This document shows positions 53,056-61,640 of a stretch of DNA of 64,000 bases, piece by piece. The notes beneath the pieces are model-generated. The model saw only the letters and a list, made by a program, of their open reading frames with translations, was not told the origin of the DNA and searched no databases. This DNA comes from an uncultured Candidatus Micrarchaeota archaeon (GTDB lineage Archaea > Micrarchaeota > Micrarchaeia > Micrarchaeales > CABMGC01): assembly GCA_963753785.1 (NCBI GenBank), contig CAVWDL010000008.1, positions 166,064-230,063 of the forward strand, written 5' to 3'. The stretch's first letter is position 1, and each line of letters opens with the position of its first letter. The translations under genes were made by a program, and so were the position numbers.

Positions 53056-53373
53056 GTGATTTCAGACGTTGACTCTAAAAATTTCGAACAGGAAGTGCTA
53101 AAGGCAAAGACGCCGGTGATAATAGACTTCTGGGCATCCTGGTGCGGCCCTTGCAGGCTTTTCACGCCTACCATAGAGGATGTTTCAAAGGACTACGACA
53201 AGAAAGTCAAGTTCATGAAGCTGAACGTGGACGACAACGAGCGAATAGCGTCAGAGTACAGCATAATGAGCATACCCACCGTTCTCATGTTCGAGAAGGG
53301 CGAGGTGAAGGCGATGTCAGTGGGTGCAATACAGAAGAGCGACCTGAAGAAGTGGATAGACAGCAACCTCTGA
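53056..53373 (+). CDS. trx: Thioredoxin
   Basis: The WCGPC active site (DFWASWCGPCR) lies in a 105-aa thioredoxin fold. The start codon is GTG. Confidence 0.9.
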   Translation: MISDVDSKNFEQEVLKAKTPVIIDFWASWCGPCRLFTPTIEDVSKDYDKKVKFMKLNVDDNERIASEYSIMSIPTVLMFEKGEVKAMSVGAIQKSDLKKWIDSNL

Positions 53374-53482
53374 TCCTGTTTTCTTCTCCTGATGTCCGTA
53401 CTGCCCTAAAGGGCGGCAGAATCAAATACCTTACTTTAATTAATTCTGGTGCATCTAGTATACTGCATAAGGAAGTGTGAAA

Positions 53483-54763
53483 ATGGCCGTGCCAATTCCT
53501 AGAGGAGTCAGGGACTACTCGCCCGCCGAGGCAATATCAATAAACCGCATAACCGGCGTCATAGAGGAGGTTTACAAAAGGTTCGGATTCTATCCGATAC
53601 AGACGCCCGCATTCGAGATGAAGAGCGTCCTCAACGCGAAGGTTTACGGCGAGGAGTCGGCGAAGGAGCTCTTCGAGTTAGAGGGCGAGGAATCCGGGCT
53701 CAGGTACGACTTCACAGTTCCACTCGCGAGATACGTCGCTTCGAACAGGGACCTCTCCCTCCCCTTCAAGAGGTACCAGATAGGGAACATGTGGAGGAAG
53801 GAGGAGCCGCAGAAGATGCGCTACAGGGAGGCGATCCAGGCTGACATCGACATAGTGGGCACGAAGGAGATAGACGCGGACGCCGAGGTCATCGCCGCCG
53901 CATCGATCGCGCTCGAGCAGCTCGGGATAATGAACTATGTGGTCCTGCTTAACAGCAGGCAGCTCCTGCAGAAGATACTCGGATACTTCAAGGTGCCTCC
54001 GGAGAAGACCACCCAGGCTCTGCGCATACTCGACAAGCTGCAGAAGCTGAGCGGGGAGGAGATAATCAAGCAGTTCGCCGCAGCGGGGATAGACAAGAGG
54101 GTGGGCGAGGAGCTGCTGCATTTCGTCAAGCAGGAGAGCAGCAACGAGGCGAAGCTTCAGATGGTTAGTGCGAACGTGACCGATTCGAAGGCGGAGGTGG
54201 ACAAGATGACTGACCTTCTCTCTCTTCTGAAGGAGTACCGTCTCAACGGCAGGATCACTGTCGACCTCGCATTGGCGAGAGGCCTGAACTATTACACAGG
54301 ATTCGTCTGGGAATTCGTTATCGAGGAGGACGGCAAGAGGCTGCCGAGCATAGGCAGCGGAGGGAGATATGACAACCTCATAGAGGTGCTCTCGAAGAGG
54401 AGCGTGCCCGCGGTCGGTTCATCCCTTGGGATAAGCAGGATCTTCGACGTGATCGCGCCCAAGAACGGGGACAAGACCTACGCCAAGGCATTCATCGCCT
54501 TCATAGGCCAGCAGAATCGGGGCTACGCGATAAACCTTGCGAACATGCTCAGGGGCAACGGGGTGTACGTCGACCTCAACTCGACCATCAGGAACCTCTC
54601 GAAGCAGATGGAGTACGCAGGCTCCCTGAGGATAAGGCATGTGCTCATAGTCGGTGACAAGGAGAGGGAAGCGGAGAAGGTCAACCTCAGGAACATGGAG
54701 ACGGGAGTCGAAGAATTAATTAGCCTAGAGGAGGCAATAAGGAAGCTTAAGGTGCAAGAGTGA
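53483..54763 (+). CDS. hisS: Histidyl-tRNA synthetase
   Basis: The sequence PRGVRDYSP...GLRYDFTVPLARY...YQIGNMWRKEEPQKMRYREAIQAD is typical of class II HisRS. Confidence 0.9.
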   Translation: MAVPIPRGVRDYSPAEAISINRITGVIEEVYKRFGFYPIQTPAFEMKSVLNAKVYGEESAKELFELEGEESGLRYDFTVPLARYVASNRDLSLPFKRYQIGNMWRKEEPQKMRYREAIQADIDIVGTKEIDADAEVIAAASIALEQLGIMNYVVLLNSRQLLQKILGYFKVPPEKTTQALRILDKLQKLSGEEIIKQFAAAGIDKRVGEELLHFVKQESSNEAKLQMVSANVTDSKAEVDKMTDLLSLLKEYRLNGRITVDLALARGLNYYTGFVWEFVIEEDGKRLPSIGSGGRYDNLIEVLSKRSVPAVGSSLGISRIFDVIAPKNGDKTYAKAFIAFIGQQNRGYAINLANMLRGNGVYVDLNSTIRNLSKQMEYAGSLRIRHVLIVGDKEREAEKVNLRNMETGVEELISLEEAIRKLKVQE

Positions 54764-55275
54764 CGAACAAGGAAGTCGAGGAGGTCACGCAGAAGGCCCT
54801 GGAGAAGGGCGGCCTGCTCGTGAAGCTGTACTTCGACATGGAGAGCGCGAAGCAGGAGGAGCTCCAGCCGCTGATGGTCGACCTGATTAACAACAGGCTG
54901 ATGAAGAGCCCCGGAGTGATATACTGCTTCGGCGCGATAGACGAGCCCATCAAGCTCAAGGACACCTTCTCGACCAGCGCCACCGTCACCGTCCTCTTCA
55001 AGGATCTCTGGAGCGTCACCAACGTGATGTTCAACTTCACACCCGCGGGGCTCGAGGTGCTCAAGCCGGCGAGGGAGTACGTCCTCAAGCCGAACGAGCT
55101 GCAGGGGCTGCTGCTCAACGTCGCCCAGGTCTCCCTTGATTACAGCAACTACATCCTCAACAGGGTGCTGAAGAAGGAAGACTACGACAAGATAGTCGAG
55201 CAGATGAAGTCCAGGGAGGCCCTGGGCAAGAAGCTGATGGAGAAGAAGGACACGAAACAGGAGGACGGAAAATAG
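54760..55275 (+). CDS. Hypothetical protein translationally coupled to hisS
   Basis: The 171-aa ORF has a GTG start overlapping the hisS stop (GTGA) and uses host-like codons. I recognise no family. Confidence 0.4.
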   Translation: MTNKEVEEVTQKALEKGGLLVKLYFDMESAKQEELQPLMVDLINNRLMKSPGVIYCFGAIDEPIKLKDTFSTSATVTVLFKDLWSVTNVMFNFTPAGLEVLKPAREYVLKPNELQGLLLNVAQVSLDYSNYILNRVLKKEDYDKIVEQMKSREALGKKLMEKKDTKQEDGK

Positions 55276-55291
55276 GCCCAATTGAAAGTCA

Positions 55292-55323
55292 TCCGCGTAA
55301 GCTACGCGGACGGGTTTGCCCGT
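55292..55323 (+). terminator. Two adjacent GC-rich hairpins after the hisS-coupled ORF
   Basis: The first hairpin is TCCGCGTA-agc-TACGCGGA (8 bp). It is immediately followed by ACGGG-tttg-CCCGT (5 bp). Function is inferred. Confidence 0.3.
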
Positions 55324-55403
55324 CTCTATGCGTCAAAACCTAACAAAAACCTAACCTTCTGAAAACTGCTTTATAGGTATCTGCCCAATCCTATCCTGAC
55401 CAA

Positions 55404-56414
55404 ATGAGCAAGACGCTGGAAACCAAAAGGAAAATACTGGGCCTGCTCAAGAAGAGGGAGATGACCCTCAGCGGGCTCAGCGAGGCCCTAAACCTTTCAA
55501 ACGCAACCGTCAGCCAGCACATCGAGGAGCTCCAGAGGACCGGCGCCATAGAGCGGGTGGAGAACGAGCATTTCAGGAAACTGAAGTACTACAGGCTGAA
55601 GGAAGCGGGAGGCCAGGTGGTCTCCACCTACGTAAAGTACCTTATGGCAGTCGGCGTTGTGATGCTGGTCGTCATCGAGTTTTACCTCTCCGGAACTTCC
55701 ATCGGCACGCAGGCGGGAGCCACGAACAAATCTATAGTCACGGCTCCCTCGATGGTCACGCGCTTTCAGCATGCCGCATGCCCTATGTTATTCTACGAAC
55801 TCAACGGGAGCATAGGAAGCCACGCCGGCGTTTCCCTTTATTATATCAACTATAGCGGTGGGACGGTTGCGGATTATGTGATAAGCAAGGGCGGCGCCGG
55901 AAGCCTCTACGTTACCGAAAGGGTGAACAACGTCCTCGACAATTCACTAGCGCAGAACTCATCCCCTGTGAGGTCGCACACCGCGTTCCTGACGTCGCTG
56001 AACCAGGGGACGCCTCCAGTTCCGCAGGCAGCAGGCGCAATCGGCGGCAGCACGGGTGCCGGAATGATTCTTCCCCCTAACATCTCTTCCTCCGTCCCTC
56101 CGCCAAGCGGTAACTTCACTTCGGGATCCGTGAAGAATGCGACCTCGGCCGCAGTCTCGGGGGCGGCAAGCAGCGTCTTCAACGCTTCCGCATACGGAGT
56201 TAGCGTGCAGGCAATCCCCGAGAACTTCAGCCTCATATCCAACGAGACCGTCAATTTCGCCGTGGAGATAACCGCAAGCTCCGCCGCGTCAAGCAACACC
56301 TACTGGCTCGACATCGACGGCCCGTGCGGAGGAGGCGTTCCTCCCGTGCTATTGACCGTGGGTGATGCGCCCTACAACGGCACCATCGCCGCCTCGACTG
56401 GCATATGGAACTAG
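55404..56414 (+). CDS. Membrane-anchored ArsR-type wHTH protein with a sequon-rich extracellular domain
   Basis: The N-terminal ArsR-like HTH (LSGLSEALNLSNATVSQHIEELQRTGAIERV) is followed by one TM helix (YLMAVGVVMLVVIEFYL). About 240 aa of S/G/N-rich sequence with many NxS/T sites follows. Confidence 0.6.
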   Translation: MSKTLETKRKILGLLKKREMTLSGLSEALNLSNATVSQHIEELQRTGAIERVENEHFRKLKYYRLKEAGGQVVSTYVKYLMAVGVVMLVVIEFYLSGTSIGTQAGATNKSIVTAPSMVTRFQHAACPMLFYELNGSIGSHAGVSLYYINYSGGTVADYVISKGGAGSLYVTERVNNVLDNSLAQNSSPVRSHTAFLTSLNQGTPPVPQAAGAIGGSTGAGMILPPNISSSVPPPSGNFTSGSVKNATSAAVSGAASSVFNASAYGVSVQAIPENFSLISNETVNFAVEITASSAASSNTYWLDIDGPCGGGVPPVLLTVGDAPYNGTIAASTGIWN

Positions 56415-56423
56415 CGTCCATTG

Positions 56424-57527
56424 TCACTTCGCGAATCCCCTGAAGATGAACCTCTTGAGCATCACGCTCGGCCTGTCCATGTCCCCGTGCTCCGAGAAGA
56501 AGCTCTCGAGCCCGAACGTCTTCGATATGTTTATCAGCCGCTCTATGCTCCTCACGTCAAGGCTCGCGTAGACCTTGCTTATCATCCTGTGGAGCACCAT
56601 CTCCTTCCCGAAATTCTTCCTGAAGAGCTGGCCATACCTGTTCAGGCTCCTCCCTTCCTGCACGTGGTCCCTTATCACCTGCGCCGCTATCATCGCCGCG
56701 TTACCGCCGAAGACGACGCCGCCGCCCGTGGTGGGCTTGACCTGTCCTGCCGCATCGCCTATGAGTAGCGCCTCCTGTTTGTCATCGACGACCTTCCTGG
56801 TTGTCCGCATGGGTATTATGCTCGCGTAGCCGTCCAGCATCTTGGCTTCCTCCAGGATGTGCGAGACCTTCTCGAGCCTGAGGAACTTGTCGAAAGCGTT
56901 CTTGCTGTTGCCGTACTTCGAGTCCACTCCTATGCCCACTTCCATGACCTCGTCGGAGTTCGGGCAGAGCCAGGCGAAGAACCCGGGCGCGATCCTGTTG
57001 TCGAAGAACAGGTCGACCATCCTGCGGTTATCGACATTCACCTGGAAGTCCGCCTTGTATGTGAGTATGTAGTTCTCTATCGCTCCCATGGAGAAGTGCT
57101 TCGCGACGAGGGAGAGAGGACCGTCCGCCCCGACTATCACATTGCCCTTGTGGAGCTCGCCTAGCATTCCCGAATCCACCCTGACTCCCGTCCTGACCTC
57201 CGCGCCCCTTTTCAAGCTCTCGTCATAGCATATCTCGTTGAGCTTCACCCTGTCCAGGACGTGGGCCTGCGGCTTCTTCGAGACTATGCGCATGGTGGCG
57301 CTTCCGGCGTGTATGTTCGCGCCGTAGAGCGTGTTCGTCACCGCCTTGGAGTAATGCACCCCTAGCCCCTCCAGGCCGCTTATCGATATTATGCCGCTCG
57401 CCTTCTGCGGATAGCCGAGCCTCTCCTTCTGCTCGTAGACACGACACTCGACGCCATAAGATGCCAGGTCCCTGGCCGCTATCAGGCCGGAGGTTCCGGC
57501 GCCTATGACTGCCACCTTCTTGCGCAT
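56424..57527 (-). CDS. Geranylgeranyl reductase family FAD-dependent oxidoreductase
   Basis: The dinucleotide-binding N-terminus KVAVIGAGTSGLIAARDL is present. The sequence is GGR-like over 367 aa (LIGDAAGQVKPTTGGG). Confidence 0.8.
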   Translation of the reverse strand: MRKKVAVIGAGTSGLIAARDLASYGVECRVYEQKERLGYPQKASGIISISGLEGLGVHYSKAVTNTLYGANIHAGSATMRIVSKKPQAHVLDRVKLNEICYDESLKRGAEVRTGVRVDSGMLGELHKGNVIVGADGPLSLVAKHFSMGAIENYILTYKADFQVNVDNRRMVDLFFDNRIAPGFFAWLCPNSDEVMEVGIGVDSKYGNSKNAFDKFLRLEKVSHILEEAKMLDGYASIIPMRTTRKVVDDKQEALLIGDAAGQVKPTTGGGVVFGGNAAMIAAQVIRDHVQEGRSLNRYGQLFRKNFGKEMVLHRMISKVYASLDVRSIERLINISKTFGLESFFSEHGDMDRPSVMLKRFIFRGFAK

Positions 57528-57681
57528 AGAAACCGTTCATGCTCTTGTCCTCTCAAAAGTATTTATACTTAACTTCGGGGCTGCCGATTCCCAACTCCTT
57601 ATATACTTTATGTGTGCTATCTTTAGCGAAAGTTTGGGGTTACGTTCTGGAGGCACAGTTCAACTTTTGGTTTGTGTTTTG

Positions 57682-60600
57682 ATGTCACTCATAGGAACCG
57701 CGATAATCGCTTTTCTATCGATACTAGTTCCGGGATTCTTCCTAGCGTTCGCGCTTCTTAAGAAGACGAAGCTCAACATGTTCGAGATAACGACCATAGG
57801 CTTCATCTTCGGTCTCATCTTCCCTCCGACCCTGACGTGGGTCGAGTCTTACCTGATGGATTACATACACTTCTTCTCATTCTCGGCGGCGCTATACACA
57901 GCCAACGTGATCCTGCTCACAATAATAGGCGTAATCCTTTGCGTCCAGCAGGGAGCGATAGACCTGAGCTTCGCAAAGGGCATGACCAACAGGCAGATGG
58001 AGTCCGCGATGCAGAGCACCTACAAGGAGAGGCTCAGCGACCTAAGGAGGAAGCTCGCCACCCTCAACATGGATATTCGAGTAGTCAAGCAGCACGAGAG
58101 GGAGGAGGAAGAGCTTGAGAGGAAGCACGCTGAGGAGTTCAGGAACCTCAAGGACGTCTCGCCCGAAGCGGTCGCAAGGCTCAAGGAGATGCACCTTAGC
58201 GAGGAGAGGAGGCTCATAGAATCGCACGAGCGCGAGGAGAGGATGCTTCTGCAGGGCAAGCCGGCGAAGAAGAACGAAGTCCAGCTGATCTGGATCGCGC
58301 TGCTTGTCCTAATGCTGTTCACTTTCGGGACGAGGATGATGAGCATAGGCATAGCGCCCAAGTTCTTCGAGTTCGACCCATACTTCGACATGCAGAGCAC
58401 CGAGTTCCTCGTCATCCATGGATACCAGTGGCTATACGACAAGTCCGCATGGCCGACCGTCATAGGCGGGACGCCTCACAGGATAGAGCCGATAGTCCCA
58501 TATCTAGAGGCGTACTGGTATGACATCTCCAGCCCTCCCGCGAACCAGATAAGCCTGACCCTAATGAGCGATGTGAGCAGCTTCTATCCCGCGATAGTCG
58601 CCGCGCTCCTGGTGTTCATGGTCTTCATGTTCCTCTACCACATCTACGGGGAGATACCCGCCATAATAGGCGCGGCAATCGCGACCGCGATGCCCGCGCT
58701 GCTGACCACGTTCATAGCCGGCGAGCAGCTGGTAGAGCCGTGGGGAATCTTCGCCATGTTCTTCTTCTACGCCGCATACCTGCTGGCCGCTCAGAACATG
58801 AAGGAGCCAAGGTTCGCGATCCTGGCAGGAATAGCCTTCGCGGCATCGTTCCTGGGAGCCCACTACTACACCGTCATAGCGGGAGTATTCGCCATCTACA
58901 TAGCCCTCCAGGGCGTGATAGACGTCTTCAGGAAGAAGGACACGAAGGACCTGATCGACTTCTACCGGATGAACGGGATAGTGATCGGGATCATCGTAAT
59001 CTTCTACATAATATTCAACCCCTACAACACCGTGCTCACCGACAAGATACCTGGGGTTCTGGGCATACCTGTCATAATCGCGTTCCCTCTGCTCTCGCTC
59101 GCGCTCGTCGCGCTGCTCGACTACGGCCCGAAGCTGACCGTCAAGTACAAGCTCGCTGCGAAGGCGAACCTGGAGCTCTACATCGCATGGCTTGCCGCCA
59201 TAGGCATCCTCAGCATAATATTGCTGCTTTTCACCTCCGTCGGAAGTTCCGTGAGGGGATATCTCGCTCTCAGCTCCCACTTCACCACGCCTTCGATATC
59301 GCTGTTCATGACAGTGCAGGAGTACGCCCCGACCGGGTTCAACTTCGACTTCGGCTCCTCGGGCTTCGGGCCCATAGGGGAGAGCATCTTCGGCGTTGAC
59401 GCCATAGTCTGGCTTGTCCTGATACTGTTCACCGGCCTTGCGCTCCTCGCGATATACAAGAGGGATTCTAAGGCAAGCATCCTCGCGCTCGCCGCGGTGT
59501 GGCCCCTGGCGATCGCCGCCATGATAGAGATAAAGTACCTGCCCCACTTCGGCGTGGGCTACATCCTCGCTTTCTGCATGATACTCGGGGAGCTGATGCT
59601 TATGGCGAAGGACTCCAAGGGGATGTCAAAGACGCTGCTCCTGGGCTTCGGAGTGTTCATAGTGCTATTCGAGTTCGTTCCTTTCATCGCCCTGTTCCAG
59701 GGAGTCGGCCAGAGCTGCGCGACCATAAATTCCCAGGGCAACTCGCTGGCATACTCGCTGTTCTGCAACGTGGTCCCGAACTCCTGGCTGCAGGCGACCG
59801 CGTGGATGAAGCAGAACGTGGGGCCTTTCGCACCTAGGGTCCTCTCATGGTGGGACTACGGCGACTGGATAAACTGGTTCGGCAACAGCAACGCCGTCCT
59901 CAGGGGAGACAACTCGCTCGCAAAGCTCGACTACATGACGGCCGCAAGGTACGTCCTCGGAGAGAAGGACGGCTTCGGACCCGCCAACCTCACGAGCTAC
60001 ATGGACAACGTTGTCGCATCCAAGTACGTGATATTCGACGACCAGCTCACACAGAAGTGGCAGGCGCTCAACTTCCTGGCTTGCGTAGACACCAACCAGA
60101 CCAGCAGGGCCTACGCGATAAGCGCGGCGAACGGCACGAGCTCGCCGTACGTGCTCGGCACTTCGCAGTGCGAGCTCGACCATGTTCCAGCATACCTGCT
60201 CGTCCCGACCAACTCGAGCGACATAAACAACTACTGCCTGCTCTCCAACAAGACGGCAACCGCCCTTAAGGCGTACATGATCGCAGGCAACGGCTTCACG
60301 AACCACACCTACTGCATTCCGCTCAACAACAGCAACAACAGCGGCTCGATACACGTGCTCGACAGCAACGGGAACAAGACGAACATACTCCTCGTCGCGA
60401 CCAGCCAGTTCTTCGCTGGCGAGGCGCAGGTGAGCGGCCAGACGTTCGCCAACTTTATGGCGCTCTATTTGCCCAACGGGCCGAACGACACGGTCACCAA
60501 CGCGCCAACCAAGTTCTACGACTCGAACTACTACAGGGCGTTCTACCTCGGGAAGCTGCCAGGGTTCACGCCTGTGTTCCCCGCCAACTTCATGGGCATA

Positions 60601-60720
60601 AACTACGTGAACGGCACGTCCCCTGTCGTGATATACGAGGTCAACAACTACACTGGCCCTCTGCCCAACGTCACCGCGAAGCCGTCGTGGGTCGTGAACA
60701 ACTTCACGATGCCCGGCTGA
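57682..60720 (+). CDS. aglB: Oligosaccharyltransferase AglB (STT3 family) with an atypical N-terminal extension
   Basis: The WWDYG motif (LSWWDYGDWINWFGN) is present. The EL1-like DPY motif (FEFDPYFDMQ) follows the canonical first TM. The track ORF opens at 57505 inside the convergently overlapping reductase gene. The ATGs at 57610 or 57682 are more plausible, so the start is uncertain. Confidence 0.85.
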   Translation: MSLIGTAIIAFLSILVPGFFLAFALLKKTKLNMFEITTIGFIFGLIFPPTLTWVESYLMDYIHFFSFSAALYTANVILLTIIGVILCVQQGAIDLSFAKGMTNRQMESAMQSTYKERLSDLRRKLATLNMDIRVVKQHEREEEELERKHAEEFRNLKDVSPEAVARLKEMHLSEERRLIESHEREERMLLQGKPAKKNEVQLIWIALLVLMLFTFGTRMMSIGIAPKFFEFDPYFDMQSTEFLVIHGYQWLYDKSAWPTVIGGTPHRIEPIVPYLEAYWYDISSPPANQISLTLMSDVSSFYPAIVAALLVFMVFMFLYHIYGEIPAIIGAAIATAMPALLTTFIAGEQLVEPWGIFAMFFFYAAYLLAAQNMKEPRFAILAGIAFAASFLGAHYYTVIAGVFAIYIALQGVIDVFRKKDTKDLIDFYRMNGIVIGIIVIFYIIFNPYNTVLTDKIPGVLGIPVIIAFPLLSLALVALLDYGPKLTVKYKLAAKANLELYIAWLAAIGILSIILLLFTSVGSSVRGYLALSSHFTTPSISLFMTVQEYAPTGFNFDFGSSGFGPIGESIFGVDAIVWLVLILFTGLALLAIYKRDSKASILALAAVWPLAIAAMIEIKYLPHFGVGYILAFCMILGELMLMAKDSKGMSKTLLLGFGVFIVLFEFVPFIALFQGVGQSCATINSQGNSLAYSLFCNVVPNSWLQATAWMKQNVGPFAPRVLSWWDYGDWINWFGNSNAVLRGDNSLAKLDYMTAARYVLGEKDGFGPANLTSYMDNVVASKYVIFDDQLTQKWQALNFLACVDTNQTSRAYAISAANGTSSPYVLGTSQCELDHVPAYLLVPTNSSDINNYCLLSNKTATALKAYMIAGNGFTNHTYCIPLNNSNNSGSIHVLDSNGNKTNILLVATSQFFAGEAQVSGQTFANFMALYLPNGPNDTVTNAPTKFYDSNYYRAFYLGKLPGFTPVFPANFMGINYVNGTSPVVIYEVNNYTGPLPNVTAKPSWVVNNFTMPG

Positions 60721-60789
60721 CTCTCCGCAGCGAACGAACCTGTAGAGAAGTAATAAATACAAAGCCCGAGAGGAGACTACGGGGATTAT

Positions 60790-61494
60790 GTGTCGTCTGA
60801 TGTGCTTGCCGAGTCCGACGTGCTTCCTGAGTTTCTGGAGAAGATCAAGGCGCTAGCGAGGCCTGGAGAGCTGGGGCTTGCCGTGATAAACATGGGTGCC
60901 ACGAAGAATAAATCCTCTAACGCTCAGTCTTACGAATCATATTTCAATACGACGTTGGTCCTTGGCAGACTGAATCCGCTTTCCAATTTAGAGCCAAAGA
61001 TGGTGGACCACGAACGCATCTCATTCACAAAAAGCATCTTCGAATTGGGGGGTTTCGCACTGAATCCAGACCATCGCACAGACTGGACGATCGACAAGGC
61101 CGCCGAGGCGGCGATAGTGGAATACGTACCTGCGAAAGCGCTGCGTACTGAGACTTCGTGCCACTCTCCCACCGAACTGCTGAGCATCGTGGTGGTAAAA
61201 GACGAAGAGGAGATTCACAACCATATGATTGACGTCAACTCCCGCTTCGTCGGAAGGGTATTCATAAGGAATGGGATCAAAGAACCTCACACTCAGTTGA
61301 TCATCGGGGGAAAAACGCTGCCGGTCAGGATGGAAGCAACGCTGTATGTGAGTCAGCGACCAATACTCGATTACGTCTCGAACCGCAATCCAGAGGAAAT
61401 CGTGCCCCTTTTCAAGGCGTTAGAAATCCCGATACCCGAAGCGATTAACAAAAAATTCGAGGCCTCTGCAAGAACGAAAGCGCTGGCAACCTGA
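60790..61494 (+). CDS. Hypothetical protein with atypical codon usage
   Basis: The 234-aa ORF starts with GTG and matches no family I recognise. Its synonymous codon choice (GAA, AAA, ATC/ATT, AAT, CGN, TTA/TTG) differs from the surrounding genes. Confidence 0.4.
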   Translation: MSSDVLAESDVLPEFLEKIKALARPGELGLAVINMGATKNKSSNAQSYESYFNTTLVLGRLNPLSNLEPKMVDHERISFTKSIFELGGFALNPDHRTDWTIDKAAEAAIVEYVPAKALRTETSCHSPTELLSIVVVKDEEEIHNHMIDVNSRFVGRVFIRNGIKEPHTQLIIGGKTLPVRMEATLYVSQRPILDYVSNRNPEEIVPLFKALEIPIPEAINKKFEASARTKALAT

Positions 61495-61640
61495 GATTCG
61501 AAGCACTTCCGGCGCAAATACGTCGAAGTCTCACCGTAAGCTTTAAATATATCTCTGGGTAATTGTTACTATATACCTATTAATTATACAATGCAGTTCT
61601 GACTCTGTTTTGAAGGAATTGATGCTAAAATGGTGAAAAT

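Noticed and set aside
57505-57681. The extended 5' end of the aglB ORF.
   Set aside because: This part overlaps the 5' end of the convergently read reductase gene (56424-57527) and its promoter region. The internal ATGs at 57610 or 57682 precede the first hydrophobic helix and are more credible.
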